A stretch of 64,000 bases of DNA from a candidate division CPR3 bacterium 4484_211 (GTDB lineage Bacteria; Patescibacteriota; 4484-211). Of the stretch, positions 53,185 through 62,516 are shown piece after piece. Made by a program: the position numbers and the translations under genes. Every line of letters begins with the position of its first letter. Position 1 is the first letter of the stretch. Under the pieces are notes generated by a model that was given only the letters and a program-made list of their open reading frames with translations, made no database searches and was not told where the DNA came from. Location of the stretch: NCBI GenBank assembly GCA_002084955.1, contig MZGJ01000004.1, positions 3,155 through 67,154 of the forward strand. Reading direction: 5' to 3'.

Positions 53185-54735
53185 TCATCCAGCAATTAGA
53201 CTTCTTCCGGTCATTTCTTCTGGCTTGGCAATGCCTAAAACTTCCAGTATGGTGGGAGCGACATCAGCCAGAATCCCGTTTCTTAATTTTATATTCTTGT
53301 TGTCTTTTAGTTCTTGGGCCACGGCGATGCAGGGAACCGGCGAGTTGTTGTGGGCGGTGTCAATTTTGCCGGTTTGCGGATCAATCATTACTTCCGCGTT
53401 GCCGTGATCGGCAATAATTAAACAAAATCCGTTACTTCTTAAAATCTCTGGGATAACTTTGCCCAGGCAATCATCAACAGCGCTAACGGCTTTGCGGGCC
53501 GCCTTTAGATTGCCGGTATGCCCTACCATGTCGGCATTGGCGTAATTAACAAGAATAAAGTTGTAGAGATCGGCCTTAATCCTTTCCAAAAGAATTTCCG
53601 TTACCACCGGGGCACTCATTTCCGGTTTTTGATCATAGGTGGCTACCCGAGGCGAGGGAACTTTAATTGTCTGCTCGCCGGGAAAAGGTGCTTCATGACC
53701 GCCGTTAAAAAAATAGGTAACATGAGGGAACTTTTCCGATTCCGCCAGGTGGAGCTGGGTCAGTCCTTGTTCGGAAATGATCTCCGCTAAAGGGTGTTCA
53801 ACATAGATATGTTTGAAGAGAGTTCCGGACACCGGCAGGTTTTTTTCGTAGGGAGTCATCGTGATGAAAAATAGGTCTTTGAGAACTATATTCCTCTTAA
53901 ACCCTGCAAAGTCGGGTTCAACAAAAGCGGAGGTCAACTGCCGAGGTCTGTCGAATCGGAAATTAAAAAAGATTACCCCGTCTTTGTTTTGGATGGGAAC
54001 AAAGTTACCGCCTCCGATTTTGGTGGGTGAGATGAATTCGTCGGTTTCTCCGCGCCGGTAGGCGTCTAAAATGGCTTTGGCCGGCGTTTCGGCCAGATAT
54101 CCTTTGCCCAAAGTCAAGAGGTCGTAAGCCTGCTGTGTCCGGTTCCATCTTTTATCCCGGTCCATGGCATAGAAGCGGCCGATGATGGAACTAATCTGGC
54201 CAAGTTGGACGCGGTTCTTTAGAAAGTCGTTTACTTCATTTATAAATTCCTGCGCTGATTGGGGAGGAGTGTCTCGGCCGTCGGTAAAAAGATGCAGGCA
54301 AACTCTGTCCACATTCTGCTCCTTGGCGGCCCTGAGCAGGGCAAAAAGGTGGTTCGTGGAGCTGTGAACCAACCTGTTTCCCAGAAGGCCCATAATGTGC
54401 AGGGCGGAGTGGTGTTTTTTTACGTGTCTGCAGACATTAATTAGAGCTTCTTTTTTAAAGAACGAGCCGTCTTCAATAGATCGATCTATAACAGCAACAT
54501 CTTGGGGGACGATATATCCTGCCCCAATATTTAGGTGTCCGGTTTCGCTGTTGCCAAATTCTGTTTCCGGCAGACCAACGGCTTTTCCCGACGCTTGAAG
54601 CTGTGAGTGGGGATAGTGGGCGGTTAAGTAGTCAAATGTGGGAGTTTTGGCTGAAGCAACTGCGTTCCCCGGGCTAGGCGGGGCGATGCCCCAGCCGTCA
54701 AGAATAATTAAAACGGCAAATTTATAGGTGGTCAT
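53185..54735 (-). CDS. gpmI: 2,3-bisphosphoglycerate-independent phosphoglycerate mutase
   Basis: ILDGWG, GNSETGH, DGRD, DMVGHTG, ADHGNAE. Confidence 0.96.
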   Translation of the reverse strand: MTTYKFAVLIILDGWGIAPPSPGNAVASAKTPTFDYLTAHYPHSQLQASGKAVGLPETEFGNSETGHLNIGAGYIVPQDVAVIDRSIEDGSFFKKEALINVCRHVKKHHSALHIMGLLGNRLVHSSTNHLFALLRAAKEQNVDRVCLHLFTDGRDTPPQSAQEFINEVNDFLKNRVQLGQISSIIGRFYAMDRDKRWNRTQQAYDLLTLGKGYLAETPAKAILDAYRRGETDEFISPTKIGGGNFVPIQNKDGVIFFNFRFDRPRQLTSAFVEPDFAGFKRNIVLKDLFFITMTPYEKNLPVSGTLFKHIYVEHPLAEIISEQGLTQLHLAESEKFPHVTYFFNGGHEAPFPGEQTIKVPSPRVATYDQKPEMSAPVVTEILLERIKADLYNFILVNYANADMVGHTGNLKAARKAVSAVDDCLGKVIPEILRSNGFCLIIADHGNAEVMIDPQTGKIDTAHNNSPVPCIAVAQELKDNKNIKLRNGILADVAPTILEVLGIAKPEEMTGRSLIAG

Positions 54736-54833
54736 AGGGAAATGGCCGGATGGTAAAATGGCTCAATGGTCAAATAACAAGGCTCTCGGATTTTTTATGA
54801 GAGATGATAACCATCTAGCTATTTAGCCATGTT

Positions 54834-56093
54834 TTATACGATCATCTCATCTATCTCAAGCAAGCGGTTGTACTTGGCCGTTCTTTCCCCTCTGGCCGGC
54901 GGGCCTGATTTGATAAAATCGGCGGCAATTCCCGCCGCTAGATCGGCGATAAAGTTATCGTTGGTTTCTTTGGATCGGTGTGAAACCACCAGTTTAATTC
55001 CTTTCTTTTTGGCAATTTTTACCACGCGCAGAACCTCGGTGATTGTTCCGATCTGATTGGGCTTGATGATCATTCCCTTAATGGCTCTTGATTGGATGGC
55101 TTTTTCCAAATAAACCGGATTGGTTGCGGTTAGGTCGTCGCCAACAACAATGACTGCGGGATTAATTTCGCTGTTTAAAGTTTCCCAGAGATCCCATTTA
55201 TCTTCGGGGAAAGGATCCTCTAATAGTTCCAGAGGATAGTGGGAAGCTAATTCTTTAAAGTATTCTATGGGTGATTCTGAGGCCTCTTTTGGCAAGGCGC
55301 CGGCCGCATCGATTCCCAGAGTGAAGTCCTTGGTTGGCTTGTAGCCGTTTTGGCCGGCAGATTGAATTAACAGGTCTAGGGCTTGGGAATTTCCCTCTAG
55401 CGACGGGGCAAATCCTCCCTCTTCACCGTACCCGCTGATGAGGTTTTTTTCGAGGAGAATTTTTTCCAGATTGTGGAAAGTCTCTGAGGCCATTCTTAAT
55501 TGCTCCCAGAATGATTTTTGGGTTCCTTTTTGTGGGATGAGAAGGAATTCTTGGAAGCTCAGATTGTTGTGGGCGTGTCGGCCGCCGTTAATTAGGTTAA
55601 AAACAGCCCGGGGCATCTGGTACTTATAGTCGGTGGCGCCGATTTTCAGATCTTCCTCTTCTACGATAAGTTCATTAAAGTAGTGGTTCAGATGGACAAA
55701 GAGGTGTCTTTTGGCCACATGGGCGCCGGCTTTGGCCACGGCCATAGAAACGGGCAAAATGGCGTTTACCCCCAGATTGGCCTTGTTGGGAGTGCCGTCC
55801 AGGTCAATAAGTTTGCGGTCAATTTTCCCCTGCTCGATAGGGTTTATTCCCTTGATGACCGGATTAATGGCCTCGTTGATTTTTTTAATCGCATTTGAAA
55901 CTTCTTTCCCTTGGAAACGGGAAAAGTCTTTGTCGGTAAGTTCAATCATCTCCTTGGCCCCACGGGAAATACCCGAAGGACAGGAAGCGGTGAAGTATTC
56001 GCCTTCTTTGTCTAGAGACAGGGTTACCTCCACGGCGGGTTCTCCTTTGGAATTTAGTATTTGACGGGCGGAAAGATTCTTAATCAAAGACAT
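54834..56093 (-). CDS. eno: Enolase (divergent)
   Basis: NGG.HA, QEF, EEGG, EDP, GDDL, KPNQIGT, SHRS, ER.AKYNRLL. Confidence 0.9.
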   Translation of the reverse strand: MSLIKNLSARQILNSKGEPAVEVTLSLDKEGEYFTASCPSGISRGAKEMIELTDKDFSRFQGKEVSNAIKKINEAINPVIKGINPIEQGKIDRKLIDLDGTPNKANLGVNAILPVSMAVAKAGAHVAKRHLFVHLNHYFNELIVEEEDLKIGATDYKYQMPRAVFNLINGGRHAHNNLSFQEFLLIPQKGTQKSFWEQLRMASETFHNLEKILLEKNLISGYGEEGGFAPSLEGNSQALDLLIQSAGQNGYKPTKDFTLGIDAAGALPKEASESPIEYFKELASHYPLELLEDPFPEDKWDLWETLNSEINPAVIVVGDDLTATNPVYLEKAIQSRAIKGMIIKPNQIGTITEVLRVVKIAKKKGIKLVVSHRSKETNDNFIADLAAGIAADFIKSGPPARGERTAKYNRLLEIDEMIV

Positions 56094-56147
56094 AATTCTT
56101 TAAGACTTGAGGTTAATTTTCAATTTCTAATTTCCTCTGCTCTTGTA

Positions 56148-56206
56148 AATTTGTCATTCGGATTTTGGGTTTGACTTAACACTTGAACTTTGTCATTTGA
56201 CATTTT
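56148..56206 (-). repeat. Heptamer-repeat element arm
   Basis: Aligns without gaps to the arm at 51277-51332 that overlaps the start of the four-helix-bundle gene. Confidence 0.7.
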
Positions 56207-56282
56207 AGAGGGTTCTGCAGAACGCTGTGGCCGGGACATTTATGGCCTCTTCTCAGGAGGCCATATCAGATGAAAAACGGCG

Positions 56283-56681
56283 CTATTTCTTCTCATCATG
56301 CTTATTAAAGAACTCCTTCACTTCTTCTACAATCTGCTTGGGAGTATAGGCAGATTTAATTAGGTAAGCTTCGGCTCCCACATCAAATGCCTCCTTTATT
56401 AGTGAATCCTGTCCCAGATTGGTCAAAAGGATCACAGGAATGTCCTTGGTTTCGGGCTTGCTTTTCAGCGTCCGCAGGACATCTAGTCCGTTTACTTCGG
56501 GCAACATGATGTCCAAAAGAATAAGCGACCACTTTTTCTCCGATGATTTCACCAGGCCGCTGGCTCCGTCTTCGGCAGATTCTACCTCAAATCCCGCCTT
56601 GGTTAGTTGCCGTTCGTAAAGCTCCTTAATAAACAGATCATCTTCAATAAGAAGAATGGATCTTGATTGTTCTTTAGACAT
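56283..56681 (-). CDS. Single-domain response regulator receiver
   Basis: IEDD, LLDIMLP..NG, LTN, YLIK. Confidence 0.92.
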   Translation of the reverse strand: MSKEQSRSILLIEDDLFIKELYERQLTKAGFEVESAEDGASGLVKSSEKKWSLILLDIMLPEVNGLDVLRTLKSKPETKDIPVILLTNLGQDSLIKEAFDVGAEAYLIKSAYTPKQIVEEVKEFFNKHDEKK

Positions 56682-56744
56682 AGTTTATTAGGCTCCGGGT
56701 TTTATTCTCTGTTCTAGTGTCTGTGACCTAACACCCAGAAACTG

Positions 56745-58994
56745 CTATCTACTTTGTACCATACTTGCTTCCGCTTTGGCAACTAGTTGTTTAACTTTAT
56801 AAAATGCGTCCGGGTTGACCGAGATAGAAGAGATACCCCATTCGACTAATTTTTGCACAAACTCTGGATAGACGCTGGGCGCTTGGCCGCAGATGGAACA
56901 CAAAATGCGGTGTTTGCGGCATTCTTTAATTACCTTTTCAATTACCTCCATAACTGCAGGATTGGTTTCATTCAGGGTGCTTCCTAAGACGGGGTTGTCT
57001 CGGTCGGCGGCCAAGATTAGCTGGGTTAGATCGTTGGATCCAATGGAGACTCCGTCAATGCCGACGCCGATAAAACGTTCCAACAAGATGGCGCTGGCCG
57101 GCGTTTCCACCATGATAAAGAGTTTAAATGACGGAGAGCGGTAGAGGTTATTGGCGGCCAGTACTTTTTTTATTTCAATTAATTCCTCAACTGTTCTTAA
57201 GAATGGAATCATCAGCCAGAGATTTTTGTAGTATTGTCTGACTTTTTTTATCGCCTCGAGCTCCAGTTGAAAGACCTGCGGGTCTTTAATGTAGCGCAGG
57301 GCGCCGCGCATCCCCAGCATGGGGTTGGCTTCTTCTTCCTCGTATTTATCTCCGCCTTTTAGATTACGGTATTCATTAGTTTTAAAATCAGTTGTTCGGT
57401 AAATTACCGGCCGGGGTTTAAAGGACTTGGTGAAAATACGGAGTCCGTTTTCCAGTTCTTTTATAAATTGATCTTGTTTTCCCTGTTTAATTAAGTATTT
57501 TGGATGCACGCCGATGCCGGCAATCATAAACTCGGCTCTAAGCAGGCCGACTCCGTCCACCGGCAGTTTGGCAATTTCTTCAGCGCGTTCCGGCTCGGCA
57601 AGGTTCACATAAATTTTGGTTGCTGTCTTACTGGCGGCAATTTGCTCTTTATTTGTGGCAACTTGTTGATTTCCGCTTATTTGCTGCGCTAAATCTCCTG
57701 TGTAAACTACGCCGTTTTGCCCATCTATGGTGACCGTTTCTCCGGAGGCTAGAGTGTTGGTGGCGACTTCGGTTCCAACAATGCAGGGAATTCCCAATTC
57801 ACGGGAGATAATCGCCGCGTGACAGGTGGTTCCTCCCTCGTCGGTGATAATGGCCGCCGCTTTTTTCATGGCGGGAACGAAATCGGGAGTGGTCATGGTG
57901 GTGACCAGAATTTCTCCTTTACGTATTTTACTGATTTCCTTGGCGCTTTTAAGTTTTTTAACCTTGCCGCTGACCACGCCCGGGCTGGCGCCCAGACCTT
58001 TGAGGATAATTTTTTCATCAAACACCCCAAAATCAGTACCCGGTACTTCATGAGGCTTTTGTGTAAGGGTTGTCACCGGTCTGGTCTGGACAATATAAAT
58101 TTTGTTTTTCCAAATTGCCCATTCAATATCTTGAGGAAATTGGTAGTGTTTTTCCAGTGCCTTGCCGATTTTAGCCAATTCCTTAATTAGTTGATCACTG
58201 ATTTTTTGCTTCTTGCGCCAGTCCCGCGAAACGGCAACTTCACCTTTTTGGGTAATCATTTTGTCTTGAGGGACAATCTTTTTGGTTACGATCTCTAAAC
58301 TGTCTTTGTTTACCTGGTAGTGATCGGGGGTAATGCTGCCGGAAACAATGCCCTCCCCCAGCCCGTAAATGGCCTCAATGGTGATGATCTTGGGATTGTT
58401 GGAGATGGGGTCTACGGTGAATTCTATGCCGGACATTTGCGACTGGATCATTTTCTGTACGGGTACGGCTACTCCGACTTTAAAATGGTCAAATTTCTTT
58501 TGCTCGCGATAGTATATGGACCGGGCGGTAAATAAAGACGCCCAGCATTTTTTGACCGCCTCTGCCACCTGGTTGGGCCCGCTAATGTTAAGGAAGGTTT
58601 CCTGCTGGCCGGCAAAAGAAGCTTCGGGCAAGTCTTCGGCAGTGGCCGAAGAACGCACGGCTACTTTGGTTCTAGCACCGAGCTTTTTATAGGCCTGCGT
58701 AATTTCCTTTTCTATCTTGGGGGGTATCTGGGATTGGATGATAAGTAACTTGATGTTGGCGCTCGCTTTTTGAAGTGAATTGGTGTTTTCTACTTCTATG
58801 GGATTGAGGATTTCTTTTAGCTTTTGGGTGAGCTTATTTTCTTTTAAAAAATAGAAATAGGCGTTGGCGGTAACACAGAATCCTTCCGGAACGGGAAACC
58901 CGGCCTGGGTCATTTCTCCTAAATTGGCCGCTTTTCCACCGACTTCGTTAAGATCCTTTTTGTTGATTTCCTTAAACCACTTGACAAACTGCAT
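56745..58994 (-). CDS. ppsA: Phosphoenolpyruvate synthase
   Basis: VGGK.ANLGEM, AVRSSA.AED, GG.TCHAAI.SRE, GVGLLRAEF, SIGSNDLTQ, SICGQAPS. Confidence 0.95.
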   Translation of the reverse strand: MQFVKWFKEINKKDLNEVGGKAANLGEMTQAGFPVPEGFCVTANAYFYFLKENKLTQKLKEILNPIEVENTNSLQKASANIKLLIIQSQIPPKIEKEITQAYKKLGARTKVAVRSSATAEDLPEASFAGQQETFLNISGPNQVAEAVKKCWASLFTARSIYYREQKKFDHFKVGVAVPVQKMIQSQMSGIEFTVDPISNNPKIITIEAIYGLGEGIVSGSITPDHYQVNKDSLEIVTKKIVPQDKMITQKGEVAVSRDWRKKQKISDQLIKELAKIGKALEKHYQFPQDIEWAIWKNKIYIVQTRPVTTLTQKPHEVPGTDFGVFDEKIILKGLGASPGVVSGKVKKLKSAKEISKIRKGEILVTTMTTPDFVPAMKKAAAIITDEGGTTCHAAIISRELGIPCIVGTEVATNTLASGETVTIDGQNGVVYTGDLAQQISGNQQVATNKEQIAASKTATKIYVNLAEPERAEEIAKLPVDGVGLLRAEFMIAGIGVHPKYLIKQGKQDQFIKELENGLRIFTKSFKPRPVIYRTTDFKTNEYRNLKGGDKYEEEEANPMLGMRGALRYIKDPQVFQLELEAIKKVRQYYKNLWLMIPFLRTVEELIEIKKVLAANNLYRSPSFKLFIMVETPASAILLERFIGVGIDGVSIGSNDLTQLILAADRDNPVLGSTLNETNPAVMEVIEKVIKECRKHRILCSICGQAPSVYPEFVQKLVEWGISSISVNPDAFYKVKQLVAKAEASMVQSR

Positions 58995-59093
58995 GACAGG
59001 CGCAATCTTCAAAACCTAGGGTGTGAAACACAGTATAAAACTTAAAACGCGAAAGCCTTGGTTACTTAAAGCTGCAACTTTACATTTTACGTT

Positions 59094-60515
59094 TTACATT
59101 TTGAGCTTATACAGGCTACTTAAATCTACCACAGGATATCTTTCTAGTCGAGACTTAACGAAACCTACAATTTCCTTTAATTTATCTTTGCTTTCCGCTT
59201 CAAATCTCAATGAAAGGTTGGGCGTGGTGTTGGAGGCGCGGATTAAAGCCCACTCGGTAGGTGAAAAGCGGATACGGACGCCGTCAATCTCTATCAACTG
59301 CCAGTCTTTGTGGGAATTGATAATCTCTTCTCTAATTTTTTGTTTAATTTCCTCTACAATTTGGAATTTTTGGTCATCAGGGCAGGGGGCTTTTAGCTCT
59401 TCGGTGTGGGCAGTCTTGGGAACATCAGCAAAAAATTGGGAGTAGGGATGATCTGCTTTGGATAGAATTTCCAAGATTCTTGCCCCGGCATAAAGCCCGT
59501 CGTCAAAACCGTAGTAATTGTCTTTGATGTAGGTATGGCCGGAAACTTCGCCGCCCAGAAAAATGTCCTTATTTTCCATTATGGCAACATGGAAGAAAGA
59601 GTGGCCGGTTCTGGTAATAAAAGGTTGCCCGCCCATTTTCTTTATTTCATTGGCTAAAACATATGAGCTTTTTACATCAAATAAGACTTTAGATCCGGGA
59701 TGATTTTTGAGGACATCTCTAGCCAGAACAATTAGTGTCTTGTCATTTTCATAGATGTTGCCTTTTTCATCAATTACGCCAAAACGGTCGCCATCGGTGT
59801 CAAATCCTAATCCCAGATCTAGTTTTTCTTTAAGAATTATTTCTTTTAAGCCCTGCATGTTAATTTTGGCGCCGGGATCAGGTTGATGGTAGGGATAGTC
59901 GCCGTGGAGATTGCAGTATAACGGGAAGATTTCGCAGGGAAATTGTTTAAACAATCGGACGGCAAAGGCCGAGGCGGTGCCGTTGCCGCAGTCAATAGCT
60001 AATCTGAGAGGCTTTTCCAAGTGGATGCGCGACTTGATGTCAGCAAGATATGTTTCAAAGATTTCGCCGTCGTCGTAGGCAACTTCGGCTTCCCCTCTGA
60101 CAAATTCACCGCTTTCAGCTATTTGTTTTAGTTTTAATAATTCTTTCCCATAAAGAGGATTGGCGTTTTTTAGGTCAAACCTGAATCCGTTGAATTCCTT
60201 GGGATTGTGCGAGCCGGTGATAATGACGCCGGCGTCGGCCTTTGTTTTTATAACCGCATAGTGCACTAGGGGGGTCAAACTTAGTCCCAAGTCTAGGAGA
60301 TCACAGCCTGTAGAGAGAAGACCTTCGGTAAAGTAGGCATTGATCTCGTCAGAGGTAAAGCGGTTGTCGTGTCCTAGGATAACTTTTTTCCGTCCTAGTT
60401 GCTGTTTTTGCAAATAAGTCCCAAAGGCCTGGCCCAAAATTTTTGCCTCTCTGGGCATAAAGTCTTTGCCGACAATGCCTCTAATGTCATAGGCGCGGAA
60501 GATGTTGGAATTCAT
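59094..60515 (-). CDS. Phosphomannomutase/phosphoglucomutase
   Basis: FRAYDIRG, TGSHNP, DTDGDR, GE.SGH, R.SNT.P. Confidence 0.93.
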   Translation of the reverse strand: MNSNIFRAYDIRGIVGKDFMPREAKILGQAFGTYLQKQQLGRKKVILGHDNRFTSDEINAYFTEGLLSTGCDLLDLGLSLTPLVHYAVIKTKADAGVIITGSHNPKEFNGFRFDLKNANPLYGKELLKLKQIAESGEFVRGEAEVAYDDGEIFETYLADIKSRIHLEKPLRLAIDCGNGTASAFAVRLFKQFPCEIFPLYCNLHGDYPYHQPDPGAKINMQGLKEIILKEKLDLGLGFDTDGDRFGVIDEKGNIYENDKTLIVLARDVLKNHPGSKVLFDVKSSYVLANEIKKMGGQPFITRTGHSFFHVAIMENKDIFLGGEVSGHTYIKDNYYGFDDGLYAGARILEILSKADHPYSQFFADVPKTAHTEELKAPCPDDQKFQIVEEIKQKIREEIINSHKDWQLIEIDGVRIRFSPTEWALIRASNTTPNLSLRFEAESKDKLKEIVGFVKSRLERYPVVDLSSLYKLKM

Positions 60516-60567
60516 GGGATTTTTTAATAAGGGCCGTCCCTAAAGGGGAGGGTGCATAACCGGTTAA

Positions 60568-61290
60568 TCACTGCTTCGGTTTGCTGATTAAATCCGGTCT
60601 ATATTTTTCGGTTAACTCTTTGGCTTTTTCTTTCCTCCACTTTTCAATTTCTTTGTGATTTCCAGAGGTTAGAATTTCGGGTACTTTCATGCCTTCAAAT
60701 TCTTCGGGGCGGGTGTATTGGGGATACTTGAGCAGACTTTTTTGGTAACTAAATGATTCTGCCTGCCTAGAGGCCTCTTTCCCCAGCACCCCGGGTATTA
60801 GGCGGGAGACGGCGTCTACAATAACCATGGCCGGCAGCTCACCGCCGGTGAGTATGTAGTCACCGATGCATAAACGTTCATCAGCTATGTGGTTAAAGAT
60901 GCGCTGGTCAACTCCTTCGTAGTGGCCGCAGATGATGATGATGTGCTGAAGGTCGGAGAGTTTTTTGGCTATTCGGTGATTAAATTTCCGCCCGGCGGGG
61001 GAGGTGAGAATTACGTGGGAAAAGCCTTTTTTCCGTTTACGCTTTTGTGTTTGACTAAATTTATCTTTAAGCTGTTGTACAGCTCTAAATACTGGCTCAA
61101 CTTTAAGAATCATCCCCTCCCCTCCTCCGTAGGGTTTATCGTCCACCGTTTTGTGTTTGTCGGTTGCCCATTTTCTAAGATTGTGGATGTTTATGCTAAG
61201 TAGATTTTTATCAACCGCCCTCTTGATGATAGATTCATCAAAAGGCCCTTTAAACATGTTGGGGAAGAGTGTAAGAATGTCAATGGTCAT
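60568..61290 (-). CDS. trmD: tRNA m1G37 methyltransferase TrmD
   Basis: LTLFP, VDD.PYGGG.GM, CGHYEGVDQR, GDYILTGGE, YPQYTRP. Confidence 0.97.
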   Translation of the reverse strand: MTIDILTLFPNMFKGPFDESIIKRAVDKNLLSINIHNLRKWATDKHKTVDDKPYGGGEGMILKVEPVFRAVQQLKDKFSQTQKRKRKKGFSHVILTSPAGRKFNHRIAKKLSDLQHIIIICGHYEGVDQRIFNHIADERLCIGDYILTGGELPAMVIVDAVSRLIPGVLGKEASRQAESFSYQKSLLKYPQYTRPEEFEGMKVPEILTSGNHKEIEKWRKEKAKELTEKYRPDLISKPKQ

Positions 61291-61375
61291 AATTCAGATA
61301 ACCAAAATTTTCCCGTGTTTGAAATTTGTCATTTGGATTTGGTTTGGCATTGGGCATTTTTAATTTGACATTTTG
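61291..61375 (-). repeat. Heptamer-repeat element abutting the trmD start codon
   Basis: Nearly identical to 12630-12680 and similar to 2918-2997. Confidence 0.8.
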
Positions 61376-61410
61376 CGGCCGTTTGGCCATATCGGCTGTC
61401 CAACTTAAGT

Positions 61411-62454
61411 TTATAATAATCTCGTTTTTTTCTCAATAGCTATGCCAAGATGTTGATATGCTCTTTCCGTTGCTACTCTGCCTTTGGGCGTTCTTTTAAT
61501 GAACCCTTTTTGTAAAAGAAAAGGCTCGATGACCTCTTCCAATGTCCCCTGGTCTTCGGCCAGAGCCGAAGCCAGTGTGGACAGCCCGGCCGGTCCCCCC
61601 TTAAATTTATGGATCAGTGTTTTTAGATAACGCTGGTCATTTTTGTCTAAGCCTTCTTCGTCAACTTCCAAAATATCCAAGGCTTTTTTAACGATTTGGG
61701 GAGTGATCCGGCAGGCGTGGTTTACTTGGGAAAAGTCCCGGATGCGTTTTAGCAGACGGTTGGCAATTCGGGGAGTCCCCCGCGCTCTCTTGGCAATTTC
61801 CCGGCAGCTTGAAGGATCCAGCTGAATGTTTAAAAGGCTGGCTGACCGAGAGATAATTTTGGACAGCTCGTCCTGGTTAAAGAAATCCAGGCGGTGGGTG
61901 ACCCCAAATCGGTCTCTTAGCGGCGAGCTCATTAAGGAGATGCGGGTGGTGGCTCCGATGATGGTGAATTTGGGCAGGTCCAAACGGATGGTTTGAGCGG
62001 ATGGGCCCTTGCCCAAGATAATATCTAGGCAGAAATCTTCCATCGCCGAGTACATAGTCTCTTCCACCGCCTTGTTGAGACGGTGTATTTCGTCAATAAA
62101 GAGGATGTCTCCGGTTTGGAGATTGGTAAGAATTGAGGCCAGATCGCCGGTGCGCTCGATGGCCGGGCCGGAGGTTGCCCGTACATTAACCTTCATCTCG
62201 TGGGCCAGGATGTGCGCTAGGGTGGTTTTACCCAGACCGGGCGGTCCGTAAAAAAGAACGTGATCTAAAGGATCGCCGCGTTCCTGAGCGGCCTGAAGGA
62301 ATATTCTAAGAGCCGAAAAAACTCCTCTTTTTACTGTCCCGCCAAAGAAAAACTCCTTTAATGATCTGGGGCGGAGCGCATAATCTAAAACCTCGGAGGT
62401 GGTTTTGGATGAAGAATTGTGATTAGAATTGTCTAAGGCTGTTTTTTTAGTCAT
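61411..62454 (-). CDS. ruvB: Holliday junction helicase RuvB (start uncertain; frame open to 62541)
   Basis: GPPGLGKTT, DEIHR, GATT, RGTPR, RTP.GR. Confidence 0.95.
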   Translation of the reverse strand: MTKKTALDNSNHNSSSKTTSEVLDYALRPRSLKEFFFGGTVKRGVFSALRIFLQAAQERGDPLDHVLFYGPPGLGKTTLAHILAHEMKVNVRATSGPAIERTGDLASILTNLQTGDILFIDEIHRLNKAVEETMYSAMEDFCLDIILGKGPSAQTIRLDLPKFTIIGATTRISLMSSPLRDRFGVTHRLDFFNQDELSKIISRSASLLNIQLDPSSCREIAKRARGTPRIANRLLKRIRDFSQVNHACRITPQIVKKALDILEVDEEGLDKNDQRYLKTLIHKFKGGPAGLSTLASALAEDQGTLEEVIEPFLLQKGFIKRTPKGRVATERAYQHLGIAIEKKTRLL

Positions 62455-62516
62455 TTGAGCTTGAGGTTGCGGCGCGGCTTTCTGGTTCTTGGGTAGATTA
62501 AAATTCATTTTTTGTA

